Below the pieces are notes generated by a model that did no database searches, was not told the DNA's origin, and saw nothing but the letters and a program-made list of their open reading frames with translations. Position numbers and translations under genes: made by a program. Shown one piece after another: positions 12,743 to 25,866 of a stretch of 64,000 nt of DNA. The stretch is taken from positions 77,314,001 to 77,378,000 of the forward strand of contig NC_092352.1 in the NCBI RefSeq assembly GCF_963676685.1. The letters are read 5' to 3'. Each line of letters starts with the position of its first letter. Within the stretch, counting starts at the first letter, position 1. This stretch comes from Mytilus edulis. Its lineage: Eukaryota.

Positions 12743-13460
12743 ATACCAACCATTACGATAACGTACGATTGTCCATGTTTCCTGTGTAAAATGTCAACAA
12801 CCTCTAAATGAGTTTTACTAAAGATCTTGAAAACCGAACATCTGTCCTTTTCTTTGTTTACTATTTTTGTTTTTTTTTCCGATTTTAACATTTTATGGAA
12901 CATTAAGGTAAGTTAGTTGGTCTTTGGATGAACTTAATCTTATCACATCTTATTGTTATAAATAATGAACAGTAACGAATATCAACCTTTACCATGTTTA
13001 CGATAACGAACGATTGTCCATGTTTCCTGTGTAAAATGTCAACAACCTCCAAATGAGTTTTACAAAAGATCTTGAAAGAAGCGGAAACCGAACATCTGTC
13101 CTTTTCTTTGTTTACTATTTTTGTTTTTTTTCCGATTTTAACATTTTATGAGAAACATTAAGGTAAACGAACTGTTAGTTGGTCTTTGGATGAACTCAAT
13201 CTTATCACATCTTATTGTTATAAATAATGAACAGTAACGAATACCAACCTTTACGATAACGAACGATTGTCCATATTTCCTGTGTAAAATGTCAACAACC
13301 TCCAAATGAGTTTTACTAAAGATCTTGAAAGAAGCGGAAACTGAACATCTGTCCTTTTCTTTGTTTACTATTTTTTTATCAGATATATGTTTCGCTCTTT
13401 TTTCTCCTCGATTTTAACATTTTACGAGAAACATTAAGGTAAACGAACTGTTATAACCAT
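12743..13460. repeat. ~250-260-bp tandem triplication upstream of the GPCR pseudogene
   Basis: gttagttggtctttggatgaact at 12913 and 13174; cgattgtccatRtttcctgtg occurs three times. Confidence 0.8.
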
Positions 13461-15124
13461 GCAAATAGGAACGCAAACATTCTAAGATCGTCTCGATATT
13501 GGTAAATAAACTGTTATAACCACAAAATAGGCGCGAAAGATAACAGAGGGACATTCAAACTCATAGATAGATCTACTTAAACACACTCAAAACATGTAGA
13601 TTGTTCGATCCCCTGCTGAATTTAGATTGACTAAACTGAATTAGGCATACCTTTTCGAATTTTGAGCTATAAGTTCTCGTTTTCATTGTAGTTTCAAAAA
13701 GTTTCGATTCAAATACAACTGATACGGCCAATATAGACCAATAATTAATGCTGCATAAATAGCTTTTGTTGTTTGTCCACGTGGAATTTAAATATTCTTT
13801 AAAAAAATTGTTCACTGTAAACCAAATAATGTTGCTAACAGTTTATTTACGTGTGTTACAACAATTTAAAATTATGAACCGTCTTAAATATGTCTAATAT
13901 GGTTCTTGCCTTAAATGAATATACATCAAATAATCGATACAATAGATCCTAAAACGGAGATAACCGGATAAATATCGTCGACGAAATAAATTGGTTTTCA
14001 GTACTTCTGATTTAATAAGATGTCTTGCTGAAACATGGATCATAGACACTGATAAATTGTACCGGAGTTTCTGCCGCGGAAATAACATAAAATTTCTTAT
14101 TGACGAACAAATACTGCAAAAATGGTAAAGGTTCGGCATAGTCCTTCTTGGGTTTTTTTCCTCAAGTTTCTCCTATTTTTTCATTAATCAGTCAAATCTC
14201 GTTTTTTTAACGATTAATTCGAATTTCTCACACGTTTGATTTTGACAAAAAAGCAATAATCAACTAAAGAAAGAATAAAATGACAGCTCTCGGCCATAAG
14301 CTTATCAATACAGATACAACTGTTTCACATACCACATCTCTTTTGGAGAGATATATATTATTCATAGATACATTGTATTCTGTTTGGCTTATGAACTGGT
14401 TCCAATATATGATCTCAATAATTTTTTTCTCATAATTTAGAAATTGTTTCAGGATAAATTAGCATAAATAGCGGTCGCTTTGAATTCTGAGGAAGACCCA
14501 AAAGTGACGGAAGACGTAATACAGAATTTAAGTATAAGTTTAACTCTTAGAAATACTGGGTTGAAAATATGACGTATAACCCTATATGTTGACCTTTGAA
14601 AAGAATACTTAATCATATGAACTTTCTATTCTAGGATATTATCGAAACTTCATAGTGAAAAAGTTTTAGCCGTAAAAGGTGTTCCTATGAGAAACTTCAT
14701 TTTCTATATTTTCAGAAATGCCATATCAGGCGAAACAAAGATAACAAAAAGTCAAATAGAATTTCATTATTTCTGGTTTATATCCAAAGTCATAACAAAA
14801 TTAACTCAAATATAAAGTTATATAAATATTTCATAATGATGGGCCTTTACCACGATGACTCAGCATACATTCACAGTTTACAATATGTATAGTTTACCTT
14901 AAGTCCTGTATGCAAAGAAAATTCGTAACATATGATAATTTGTAATTAAAAATTGTAAAGCAGTGCTTATATCTACTCTTCACAGTCATTAACACTCATA
15001 GATTCTTGATGAATATTGTTGTTGTGGTGTTTTCGTCCAATCGAAAACACTTAAGTAGCTGAATATGGTTTCCTGTGACTGCGGCATACAAAATAAGCTT
15101 GAAATATAAAAATACGTCATTAAA

Positions 15125-15460
15125 TCTTTATTTTGTCATATAAGTAACATTATACTTGTGACATAAACAAAAGTAACGACAACAATAAAATAACTGAGTT
15201 GAACACACACATATCTATATATATACAAGTAAAACTATTCAAGAGTTCCCTGTCCTCAGCTCTAAAGACTGTTTTATAAAGGAACCTGTTTTTTACTTGG
15301 TTTATATTAGAAGAATTTAGTAGGACTACTAGTTTTTCAGTATCAGATAGATTTGGAAACATAGAATTATATATTGCCATGTCATTAAAAAGTTTATACA
15401 TAAAACATTATTAATTTGACAGTAGAGGAGAAAGTGATTTTCATTTTCTAATAAAGATAT
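15125..15460 (-). mobile_element. LINE 3'-end fragment
   Basis: ENENHFLLYC zinc-knuckle remnant; absent from the paralogous position at ~39590. Confidence 0.55.
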
Positions 15461-16125
15461 CAATAGTGTGTTCTATCCTTAAAATGTATAAAATTTTCCA
15501 TATTCACAGAAACAGCTGAATTACTTTGCAAATTTGAGGCCCCAGCTGCATAAAACAAAGAGCAAACACTAACCCGTGGGAAACCAAACAGATAATTTAG
15601 GCTGTAAACGCTATCATTTTAATATGATAAAGGTCTTTTGTAAAGAAAACAATAATTGAGCTTTGAATTAATGCAAAAAATGATATTCCAGCAGTCAGTT
15701 CTATAAAACTTTTAGTGAACTCATATATCAGACTGGTAACTTCATACATATTTTTTGGGTAAATATGGCTGTGTTTACACGCTTCTAGTCATACATTGTG
15801 TATATTAGCAAACCTATGTTATATATATAGTAAGAGATAATATTTTTATGACAAAAGTTCTTCACTGCCATTTGAAGTCCACAACTGTACCCCGTAAATC
15901 AGAACATTGCAATTTTTTTTCTCTAAATGGGAAATCGGACTATATATCACATTCTTATGATAATTGTGTTTAAAGAGCACGAATTATTCAATACGATACA
16001 TTTAAATTCACTCAGCATTTTTCTCGGAAAGATTATCAATGTAACACTTTAAGTTTGAAGATTGTTTTCATTTGTGTTTACAATAAAAGAAATATAAAGA
16101 ATTAACATAATTCATATATCTAAAT

Positions 16126-17561
16126 ATAAAATTGAGAAAGGAAATGGTGAATATGTCAAAGCGACAACCCCCCGACCATAGAGCAAACAACAGCCGAAGG
16201 CAACCAATGGGTCTTCAATGTAGCGAGAATTCCCGCACCCGTAGGTGTCCTTCAGCTGGCCCCTAAAATATGCATAATAGTACAGTGATAATGGACGTCA
16301 TACTAAACTCCGAATTATACACAAGAAACTAAAATTTAAAATCATACAAGACTAACAAAGGCCAGAGGCTCCTGACTTGGGACAGGCGCAAAATTGCGGC
16401 GGGGTTAAACATGTTTATGAGATCTCAACCCTCCCCCTATACCTCTAGCCAATGTAGAAAAGTAAAACAATAACAATACGCACATTAAAATTCAGTTAAA
16501 GAGAAGTCCGAGTCTGATGTCAAAAGATGTAACAAAAGAAAATAAATAAAATGACAATAATACATAAATAACAACAGACTACTAGCAGTTAACTGACATG
16601 CCAGCTCCAGACCTCAATTAAACTGATTGAAAGATTATGTCTTCATCATATGAATATCAGGTACAATCCCTCCCGTTAGGGGTTTAGTATCATACTATCA
16701 TAAAATATATGAGAAGAACATAACCCGTGTCATGCCAACAACTGTTTTTTTTAAGAAATAAATGTGTTTAGTTCCGATGCAAAGACCCTATCAGTGAATC
16801 AATGTTAAAGCCAAAATATGCAATCTTTAATGACCTGACAACAGTATCGTAACTATATCCCCTTTTAATAAGTCTATTTAAAGGTTTTGTTAGTTTCTGA
16901 GGAGAATATTGACATTTTTGTGCTTTATAAAGAATATTTCCATAAAATTTTGGATGTGAAATACCTGAACGTATAAGATGTCTGCATGTTGAGTTATATT
17001 TACGAATTATTTCCTTATACCGGTGATAAAATTTAGTAAATGTTTTGACCAGTTTGTGATATCGAAAACCCTGGTGTAATAATTTTTCAGTAATACATAA
17101 ATTTCTCTCGCTAAAATCTAATACATTGTTACATACACGAGCGAATCGTACAAGTTGAGATATATAAACACCATAAGATGGTGACAAGGGAACGTCACCA
17201 TCTAAAAATGGATAATTAACAATAGGAAATGAAAAATCATCTCTTTTATCATATATTTTTGTATTAAGCTTCCCGTTTATGATATAGATATCAAGATCGA
17301 GGAAAGGGCAGTGGTCATTGTTTTCATTAGCTTTATTTAAAGTAAGTTCTACAGGATAAATTTCTTTAGTATACATACTGAAGTCGTCATTATTTAGAGC
17401 CAATATATCATCCAAATATCTAAAAGTATTGTTAAATTTTTGTATCAAATGTTGTTTTGATGGGTCTTTGCTAATTTTAGTCATAAATTGTAACTCATAA
17501 CAATACAAAAACAGGTCCGCAATAAGTGGTGCACAGTTAGTCCCCATTGGAATTCCAATAA
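16126..17561 (-). mobile_element. Penelope-like element family 1, young 5'-truncated copy; RT C-half ORF 16768-17561, no C-terminal GIY-YIG
   Basis: GIPMGTNCAPLIADLFL, RYLDD, PFLDL, YDKRDDF and YGVYISQLVRFARVC are uninterrupted; empty site at ~41785-41800. Confidence 0.92.
16360..16450 (-). ncRNA. Candidate type-P5 twister ribozyme in the PLE 3' UTR
   Basis: GGCUAGAGGU-AUA-GGGG-G-A-GGG...UAA-CCCC-GC-CGCA(AUUU)UGCG-CCUG-UCCCAAGU-CAGG-A-GCCUCUGGCC; P2, P3, P4, P5, T1 and T2 all pair. Confidence 0.8.
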
Positions 17562-17624
17562 TTGCTATCATATACAGATATGAACACTAAGTCTTATAAT
17601 GGTACTTAATATTGGCTTTAAATT

Positions 17625-20600
17625 ATTTAGACATTCAATAAAGTCAAATATTACATATGATGTAGCTCTCTTTTTTTAATTGGTGCTTACGATCTCGTGA
17701 TTCAGAGGGGATTTAAGTACATTGACGCTATGTTTCTATCTATATATATGTATTGACGGTCAATATTAATTATTTTTCACAATGCAATGAAACTACACAC
17801 TAAGGGCATTGAAACCCATTTCCAAAATACACTATTTGCATATGTAATATAAAAAGTAAGGCATTTTACTCTAAACGTTATATTTGGACCTGCTATATCA
17901 TAATGACCCTAGGACTTCATCCACGGTCAATATAATATGAATAAGGCGATATATAACGTATTTTGATCGCCAGATGTCCAGTATTGAAAAAATGTACAAA
18001 ACACACCTAGTAGACTGTATCTTTCACCGGGGAAAATATTCTGTCAATAACTTCTATTAACAACTGTTATACAAGTTGGGGATCTCATTAGCTATAAAAC
18101 CATGTTTAAACACTTATTTTCCTCGGAAAATGCCTGTACCAAGTCAGGAATATGGCGACTGTTTTTGACTTGTTTCTTTGGTTAATAAGGTTTAGTTTTT
18201 ATGGACTACCCTTTCTAAAAAGGCATTGGAGATAAGTATTTGTGAAATAACTAGAAAAAACACTTAAGCGCGGTTTGAAGACTACATGAAATATTTAATG
18301 TGATAGACAGCTTGGGTTCGTTTTCTCTCAGACTGTTTTTATGCACTGATGCATTATGCTAAAAGTTTTGATTTGTTTTTTAGTTCTTATTTCATAGGAG
18401 TTTGAATGTCCAAATAATAGCTTCTATCTTGGTGTAACACAGATGCTAGCGCTCATAGACGGACGGAATAACTTAGAGAAGACGAAGACAACCTCGAACA
18501 CTGATGATTAAACATTTCTCAATGGTGTTAGTTTGTAATAATTCTTGATTTTTACCAAAGGTGCAAGTCGAGTTCTGTCTGTGTCACTGTCTGTTACGGG
18601 TGCTCCAAGAACGAAGGAAACAACTAAGAGAAGGCAATCTAGAACTCTCTGAAGATTTAAAACATTTCTCGATTGGTACACGTTTTAGTTTATTTTTTTG
18701 AGTTGTGCGAGCTCTGCCTATGTGTGACACGGGTGCTCCGAGAATCAGAGAAAGAAGGACTTTACGAATAGATGAAGAAAACAAGACAATGATCAAACAC
18801 ATTTGAGTTTGTTATAATTTGTTTAGTGGTGCGGGTTTGATTAAGTGATGCAAGTTGTAATACATAGTGAGACTGTTTGAGTGTTGCGGATTGGCAGTGG
18901 GACGGGTTGTCATAGATTCAAGACGAATTGAATACAAAACCATTTCCGCCTGCTTTCAAAACGAAGAAGGCAAGGAGCCAGATACGCTAATATATCCTTT
19001 ACTATATGAAGAAATAAAGAAAATTACAGACACTTACTATTTTATTTTATATCATACGTCAGACGACCAACGACTCGGTGACAAAACTGCTAAAAAAGTT
19101 TCTTCAAATTTAATAAGATCGATTGTTTTCCATTGGCTATTTATTTGTAATATTTTTGTTCGTTTTTTTTCAAATCCGTTCATTACATTGAACAGCCTCA
19201 TAAGTCTAACCAGTTTTTTCAAATACATATATTTTGTTTAATCTGTACCAGGATCAATTTATTTATGTACAGAAATGTCAGGATTTGTTTGAATGTTTAT
19301 TGAATTAGTGATTATCGACGATGACGGATGAAGGATGGACGAACGATGAGAATAGCTCTACCTTAACGGGCAGAATGCTTTGTTTTACCTGTTTGAAGCA
19401 TATATGATGTCCTAAATTCAAAGGTCAATACGTACTTACAATGTACAGTGAACTTGAGGTTAAAAAAACTACCGAAATTGACAGTCTATTCTTTAAAATT
19501 CTATTTGGAACTTTGCCTCGATATTGACAAAAATAAATGCCTTCAAACTGAAATTATGGAATACAAAATCATCGAATATAGGGTTTATAATTTGGTACGC
19601 TAGAATTATTATACCACAAAATAATAGTTCGTCACATCCGATTTTAATCATATAGCTTGGTAGTCTCAGAGCATCATTCTTTTTGATTTCGTGTTTCGAT
19701 TAAATGTATTGGAAAATTGAAGTGACATAGTTTCTAAAGAAGGTAATCAAAAAAGGCGCGAACAATTGATTGGTTAACTTCCGGTTATGGATATTATCTA
19801 ATATGCAGTTAAGTTGTACGTGATATTGACACTGAAGAACGAACTAGACATGATAACACATTACTCATGTCTACTATTTCCTTATTTGAAACAAAGATAC
19901 ATTCTGCACAATATTTTGAAAGTTCTAAATTAACAAAGACTAACAGAAAACAAAATGATGATATTACTCCTACAAACGAAGTTGTAGAGTATAAAAATCA
20001 AACATTCTGAAAAGTAGTTGCATATATGACTTTGGTGATCTATGTCCGGGGGGTATAACAATCTTAATGTTTCGAACCATTAATAACCTTGTATAAACAA
20101 TGAGTTTACAGAAAACAAAAAAGTGCCTACTACATGACATATGATATCATTGAGCTGAGGGGCGAAACGTCCACCAGGACAATTAATATAAACTTTGACC
20201 CACTGGTTTTAAAAACTCATTTAACATATACAGATTATTTCAAGTACCATTTCTTTTTTAATTTTCAGCAGTAACATACCCTCTGTTCCATCGTATGGTG
20301 TTTACATATCTCAGCTTATTCGTTACGCTGATGCATTTTTACAATGTACGGTCTTTAAAACAAGAGTGTGCTCCTACCACGAAATCTGCGTTGACGGAGT
20401 TATGTGAAAAGAACAATTGAATATAGTACAGAAATTGCAAGGTCATGAACTGGTTGTCAGACACACTGTGTCGATGTCGTAACTCATTAGCTCCATGTTT
20501 TCTTGATATTCACTCTTAAGATACCATTAAAGTCGTCTGATCTGTAATTGTACCGATTGTGACGTCTATCGTAATGAATCAGATGACAAAACCAGGTTAT

Positions 20601-22320
20601 TTTGTTTCTGTGTGTGTTACTTTTTAGTGTTGTGTCGTTGTGTTGTGTTTCCCTTGGTTTTAGTTTTGTAACCTGGACTTTTTTTTCTCAAGCGATATAT
20701 GAATTTCAAACAGCGGTATACATGTACGACTGTTGCCTTTATTTACCCTATCGAAGCACCAAGTCTCGGTCCGGATCCTCTTGTCGTTCATGCGATTCCT
20801 TTAGATTTGCATCATATATCGGTCCGGATCCTCTTGCAATTCATGAAATTACTTCAGATTTTTTTTCTTAATTCCTCTCAACCAATCGGCTTATGAGATT
20901 TGAACAATCATGGTTAATTGCTGTCGCTTTCCAATTTACATTTTTTAACCATGTGTTGTACGTTGTTGCTCGTTGTTGTCTGTACGTGAGTTCTTTTGAA
21001 GATATGAGAAGCTGGTGGTTGATGTGATAAGTTATTTTATAACAAATTTTCTTTGGACGAATGGCAGAACTTACAATGTGTATGGCAACACTGCCGTTTG
21101 CATAAGAGCTATCAACGGAAATTCAACTTAAATTGATCAGCCAATGACAGAACCACAATCACAGCGTTATTTAAGACACATACCTAGCGATTACTCTCAA
21201 ATAGTAAATTCGTTTTAGTTTAAACATATTTATTCATCATCAACACAAATATATCATCATACAAAATACACAATAATAATAGGATTCGGAAACAAGCTAT
21301 ATTTAGCTTATATTAGTCCGTTTCCTTGAAATACCAACTCCAGTTAACTATTACATAAATATAGCATGCAATGTTACTATGATATGGAACAAAAATAAAC
21401 TAAGTAACTATATAACAAAAAAAAGAAAGGAGAAAAAAACTCATTTTAAAATAAGGAAAATAAATACAACCAAAGAAGAAAAAAAAGAAAACTACACCAA
21501 AATACTACACACATGTTTAGATGAAATGCAACTTAGGTGAGAATAGTGAATAACAATTTAACTTGTAAATCTCTTGCACTTTAGTATTAATTTGACCTAC
21601 ATGACCTACTGGTACAATTAGTAATGCATTTGTGTTATTCAATCTTTCCCTGTTTTGTGTTATATCTCGTCTCACTCTTTCAACGTTCACCGCCTTTGAT
21701 AAGTATTTAGTATGATATTCACTTCTGTTCTCGTACTATGAACAACTAATTCCTTTATTCAAAATAAAACAAATCCGTAGTCAATGTATTCCTTATTATA
21801 AGATTATAACATTTATCTCAATATTTGTATAGCTAGTTTCGCCTTATATAATTAATGATATAACTGTTCTTAAAACAACACTTACATTACTTTAATAGTT
21901 GATGAAAAATTTAGAAACGTTCAACATATCTAACTTGAACGGCTGTTGAATTAGTCATATCCAAAACTGTATTGTTCTTCAGACATTTACAACGAAGATA
22001 TTGACGGTACTTCTTGATCCGTAAGACATAGATAACTAGATCTATTACAGGATTTAACAACAGAAAAATGTTGTTGAAGATGATTGTGAGAGTACCTGTT
22101 AAAGCAGATTTGTTCCCCATGTTATAATAGAACACACGAATACTTCGAGGTAGAACTGCCACTAAAGATACAGAAATTATCAAACCCAGTGTAACTGCAT
22201 TACTACGTGTTCTGATATCCTTAGCCTTCTTCTTGACGACCTGGCTCTCTGTCATTCTACTTCCGTGAACCAAACTTTGCGAACGAATCATCCTATATAC
22301 TACAACACCGTAACAGGAAA
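17625..22320 (+). repeat. Near-identical direct segmental duplicate of ~41860-46640
   Basis: Line-by-line identity, including the duplicated 72-aa and 89-aa spurious ORFs. Confidence 0.95.
20266..20745 (+). mobile_element. Penelope-like family 3 degenerate 3' end (duplicate at ~44497-45055)
   Basis: SSNIPSVPSYGVYISQLIRYA. Confidence 0.7.
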
Positions 22321-22840
22321 TGATTGCAACAACAATAAATAAGCAAGGTATGTCATGTGAAAATAACAACAATGTAGTAGTAGTGTTTTTAGGATCACAT
22401 GGTACTGGTCCGTCGATTGTTGCCATACCAAATCTCAACAAAGCAATACAGTGACTTAGTATGAAATAAAGTAAAACGCCTTTATTGCTGCATACAATGA
22501 CCAATATTCCTTTCTTTGTAGAAAATGTAGTATTCAGTCGTTCAATGCATATCAATAAAGTCTGTATAAGAGATGACATTATTGTTCCGCCAACTAGATG
22601 TTGAATTATCAAACACTGGTATTGGGATGATACGCCTTGTGAGTTCATAAAAACTAGAATACTATGATAAATTAATTCCAGACCCAATGCGATGTCGCTT
22701 AGACTAAGGTACATTGCCAATACCAAGAAACGATTCTTCTTTAATTCCTTTGACGTAGTCGATACGTATATGGAACAACCATGGAATAATAACATTGTAG
22801 TGACAATTACAAAGTGTGCTATCTTTATACTTTGCCACAT
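21911..22840 (-). CDS. Intronless class A (rhodopsin-like) orphan GPCR, 309 aa
   Basis: 7 hydrophobic segments; TM2 LSLSD; TM3 ICIERL; TM7 NPVIDLVIY (DPxxY altered to DLxxY); basic helix 8. Confidence 0.88.
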   Translation of the reverse strand: MWQSIKIAHFVIVTTMLLFHGCSIYVSTTSKELKKNRFLVLAMYLSLSDIALGLELIYHSILVFMNSQGVSSQYQCLIIQHLVGGTIMSSLIQTLLICIERLNTTFSTKKGILVIVCSNKGVLLYFILSHCIALLRFGMATIDGPVPCDPKNTTTTLLLFSHDIPCLFIVVAIISCYGVVVYRMIRSQSLVHGSRMTESQVVKKKAKDIRTRSNAVTLGLIISVSLVAVLPRSIRVFYYNMGNKSALTGTLTIIFNNIFLLLNPVIDLVIYVLRIKKYRQYLRCKCLKNNTVLDMTNSTAVQVRYVERF

Positions 22841-23250
22841 GTTTAGTCATTCCATGTACAACTACTGTATTCAATTAGCATAAGCAAAGGTAGACACAAT
22901 TAATGTCAGCTATTATATACCTTACCCCTCATGAATATTCATTAAACAAGTTTTTTTTATAGATAAAGGCAACAGTAGTATACCGCTGTTCAAAACTCAT
23001 AAATCCATGGACAAAAAACAAAATCGGGATAACAAACTAAAACCGAGGGAAACGCATTAAATATAAGAGGAGAACAACGACATAACACTAAAATGTAACA
23101 CACATAGACAAAATCCCACGAGACTACTTTAGATATTAGGTATTCTTTAATGTAGTTGGTCTTTGGATGAAGTTAATCTAATCACATCTTATTGCTATAA
23201 ATAATGAACAGTAATAAATACCAACCATTACGTTAACGAACGATTGTCCA

Positions 23251-23330
23251 TGTAGTGACAATTACAAAGTTTGCTATCTTAATACGTTGCCACATGTTCA
23301 GTTATTCTATGTACAACTATTGTAGTCAAC
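23251..23330 (-). pseudogene. Duplicated GPCR 5' end with 46228-type upstream sequence
   Basis: Matches 47113-47200, and the flank continues to ~23640. Confidence 0.75.
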
Positions 23331-25011
23331 TGATCTTAGCAAAGGTAGACGAAATGGATATAAACGCTTTTATATCTTTACCCTTATAAAATAGTGAATT
23401 TTAATGAAATATTTATTTGTAGTTGGTTCAACTTGATCTTGACCTAGAAATAAATTTATCTAAACATGTTATAATAATGGGAATGTAATTAATTCCATCA
23501 AAAAGATTACAGAATGATTGTGCATTAAAAGGTAAAGGTAAAAATTTATCGTCGACGAAAATAGTTTGGCTTTCAGTACGTCTGATTAAATTAGCTGTGT
23601 TACGGAAATTATAATTCCTTGCTCTATCAAATCTCGAGTTTCACATCCATTCAAATAACTACAAGTTTTTATTTTTTTTATAGAGAAATCGATTATCAAC
23701 TAATGAAAAAAGAAAACAAGGCATTATTTGATAGCTATCGGCAATATTCTTCTTCTTTATGTAGATCCCTTCCAGCATTGTAGCACACACAGCAAGCTGT
23801 GTTCCCTTATCGGATTATTTGTTAAAACTGTTAACGTATTCCAAATAGAGAATGTTGAAAAAATCCTCCACCGGAAAGATGCAGATACAAAAAATTCATA
23901 AGTTCGCCAAGAAGTAGATTCGACAATAAAAGCAATGTCTAGCTTAATAAAATCTTTGAACGGTCGGCACTACTTTGACTGGTGAAGAAACTGGATAGAG
24001 GTTATGCGTTAAAAGACATCATTCAAATAAAAAGCCTAGTACAGTAAGTCTAAAAATCTGCATTCCGGAGGTGTTAAAGATGGTTATCTTCTGAATAATG
24101 TTGACCTCTGTGTTAAAAAGCAATAATATACTTTTGTGTTTCAAAAGTTATAAAAAAGAAGATGTGGTATGATTGCCAATGAGACAACTATCCACAAAAA
24201 GCCAAAATGACACAGACATTAACAACTATAGGTCACCGTACGGCCTTCAACAATGAGCAAAGCCCATAACGCATAGTCAGCTATAATAGGCCCCGATAAG
24301 ACAATTTAAAACAATTTAAACGAGAAAACTAACGGCCTTATTTATGTAAAGAAATTAACTCTCAGATTCCAAAAAGTCTAGCTGTACACACATTCAGGCT
24401 TTAATATGTTGTATATTAGAGTTAAGCGAGCAGATATTAATGATGCAGATAGTTGAGCACATAGTTCCCACTATAATTTGATTGATATATGGGGTGTTAT
24501 CGGAACAAATGGGTATATGCTCAAGATGAGTGGTTAACTCATACGGAAACAACACATGATGAATGAAACACAAATTAAGGCAATGGAAATTTAAAATTGA
24601 TAAAAAAATTAAAAAACAGATATATTAAAGTAATATGTATTTCATCCAAGAATAGTCGCATATATCATGTGAATTCTGTTTATGGCATGAATGACACCAG
24701 TTTATCATCTACATTGGTAACCAGTATATAAATCAGAGATAAACTTCGTAATGTAACTAAAAATCCGTAGGTAAAGTGTGATTTTGTTTTAAATTTTAGC
24801 ATAACGAGAAAATAATGGTAGTTATTTGGGAGTGATTGAACATCTCGGAAAATTCAAATGAAATTCAACCTAGGACAAACTAAAAATAACTAATTTATTC
24901 TATTTCGCGTGGTTTAAGGAAGAAATTGTTATTGATATTTATTGGGTTATGATATATAGTCGACTACTCTAGCTTCAAGCAACAGAAAGCAAAAGTTTTA
25001 CTCGATTAAAC

Positions 25012-25376
25012 ATGTGGCAAGTTAAAAAGATAGCAAAAACCTTATTATTGTCAATGCAATGTTATTATTCCAAGGTTGTTCCATATACGTTTCGACTAGT
25101 TCAAACCAATTAAAGAAGAGTCGTTTCTTGGTATTATCATTGTACCTTAGTCTCAGCAACATTGCCTTGGGTCTGGAATTCTTTTATCACAATATTCTTG
25201 TTTTTGTGAACTCACAAGGCGTTACATTCCAATACCAGTGTTTGATGATTCAACATCTAATTGGCGGAACAATAATGTAATCTCTTATCCAGACTTTATT
25301 GATATGCATCGAACGACTGAATGCTACATTCACAACCCAGAAAGGAATATTGGTCATTGTATCCAGCAACAAAGGT
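25012..25376 (+). pseudogene. GPCR 5' fragment (TM1-TM4), frameshift plus stop
   Basis: MLLFQGCSIYVSTSS..LSLSN..GGTIM*..ICIERL; truncated after SNKG. Confidence 0.85.
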
Positions 25377-25763
25377 TGGATTCTTTTAAATTTAATTGAG
25401 TCTACCTCACAAAATCTTGTTCGGCACTATCACTACATCTCAATCATGTTTCACAATTCGTATGAAGTATGTAAAAATATAAGTGTTGATTATGAAATTG
25501 ATAATTTCATTTGTTCAAACATGTTTTGAAAATTAAATCTGGCCAAATTTCTTAGATCGTTCTGTGTGATCAGGTATGTTTGCAATATGTTGCTGCCGAT
25601 AATTAAAAATAAAAAATTACACTTTTTATGTTTGTTGAATTAAATGTCTGTTATTTCTTGGTAGGACAGAACCAACTAAATCCAAAAGTACTTTAATCAT
25701 ACATTTCAAATGTATACTGTGTATAACGGAAATGAACTTCAATGATCTTCGTGTGTTCTGTGA

Positions 25764-25866
25764 TATAGATACAATGGATAAGCGTTGATTCTTAAAGAAG
25801 ATACCATGAGCCCGGAGGGCGAATGGTTTGTTTTTCATGAATCAGCGCTTATCCATTGTATCTATA
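25764..25866. repeat. Long imperfect palindrome (non-autonomous element hairpin)
   Basis: tatagatacaatggataagcg...cgcttatccattgtatctata. Confidence 0.8.

Noticed and set aside
16590-16665. SECIS element in the PLE 3' UTR
   Set aside because: AUGA is present but the quartet and helix II do not pair cleanly; no in-frame UGA in the visible ORF
17562-17571. Start codon of the 267-aa RT ORF
   Set aside because: Comes from flanking host DNA that is also present at the empty paralogous site; the element is 5'-truncated
18584-19241. 72-aa and 124-aa ORFs conserved at 42816-43344
   Set aside because: Identity is explained by the recent duplication; the longer ORF is frameshifted in the paralog; no recognisable motifs
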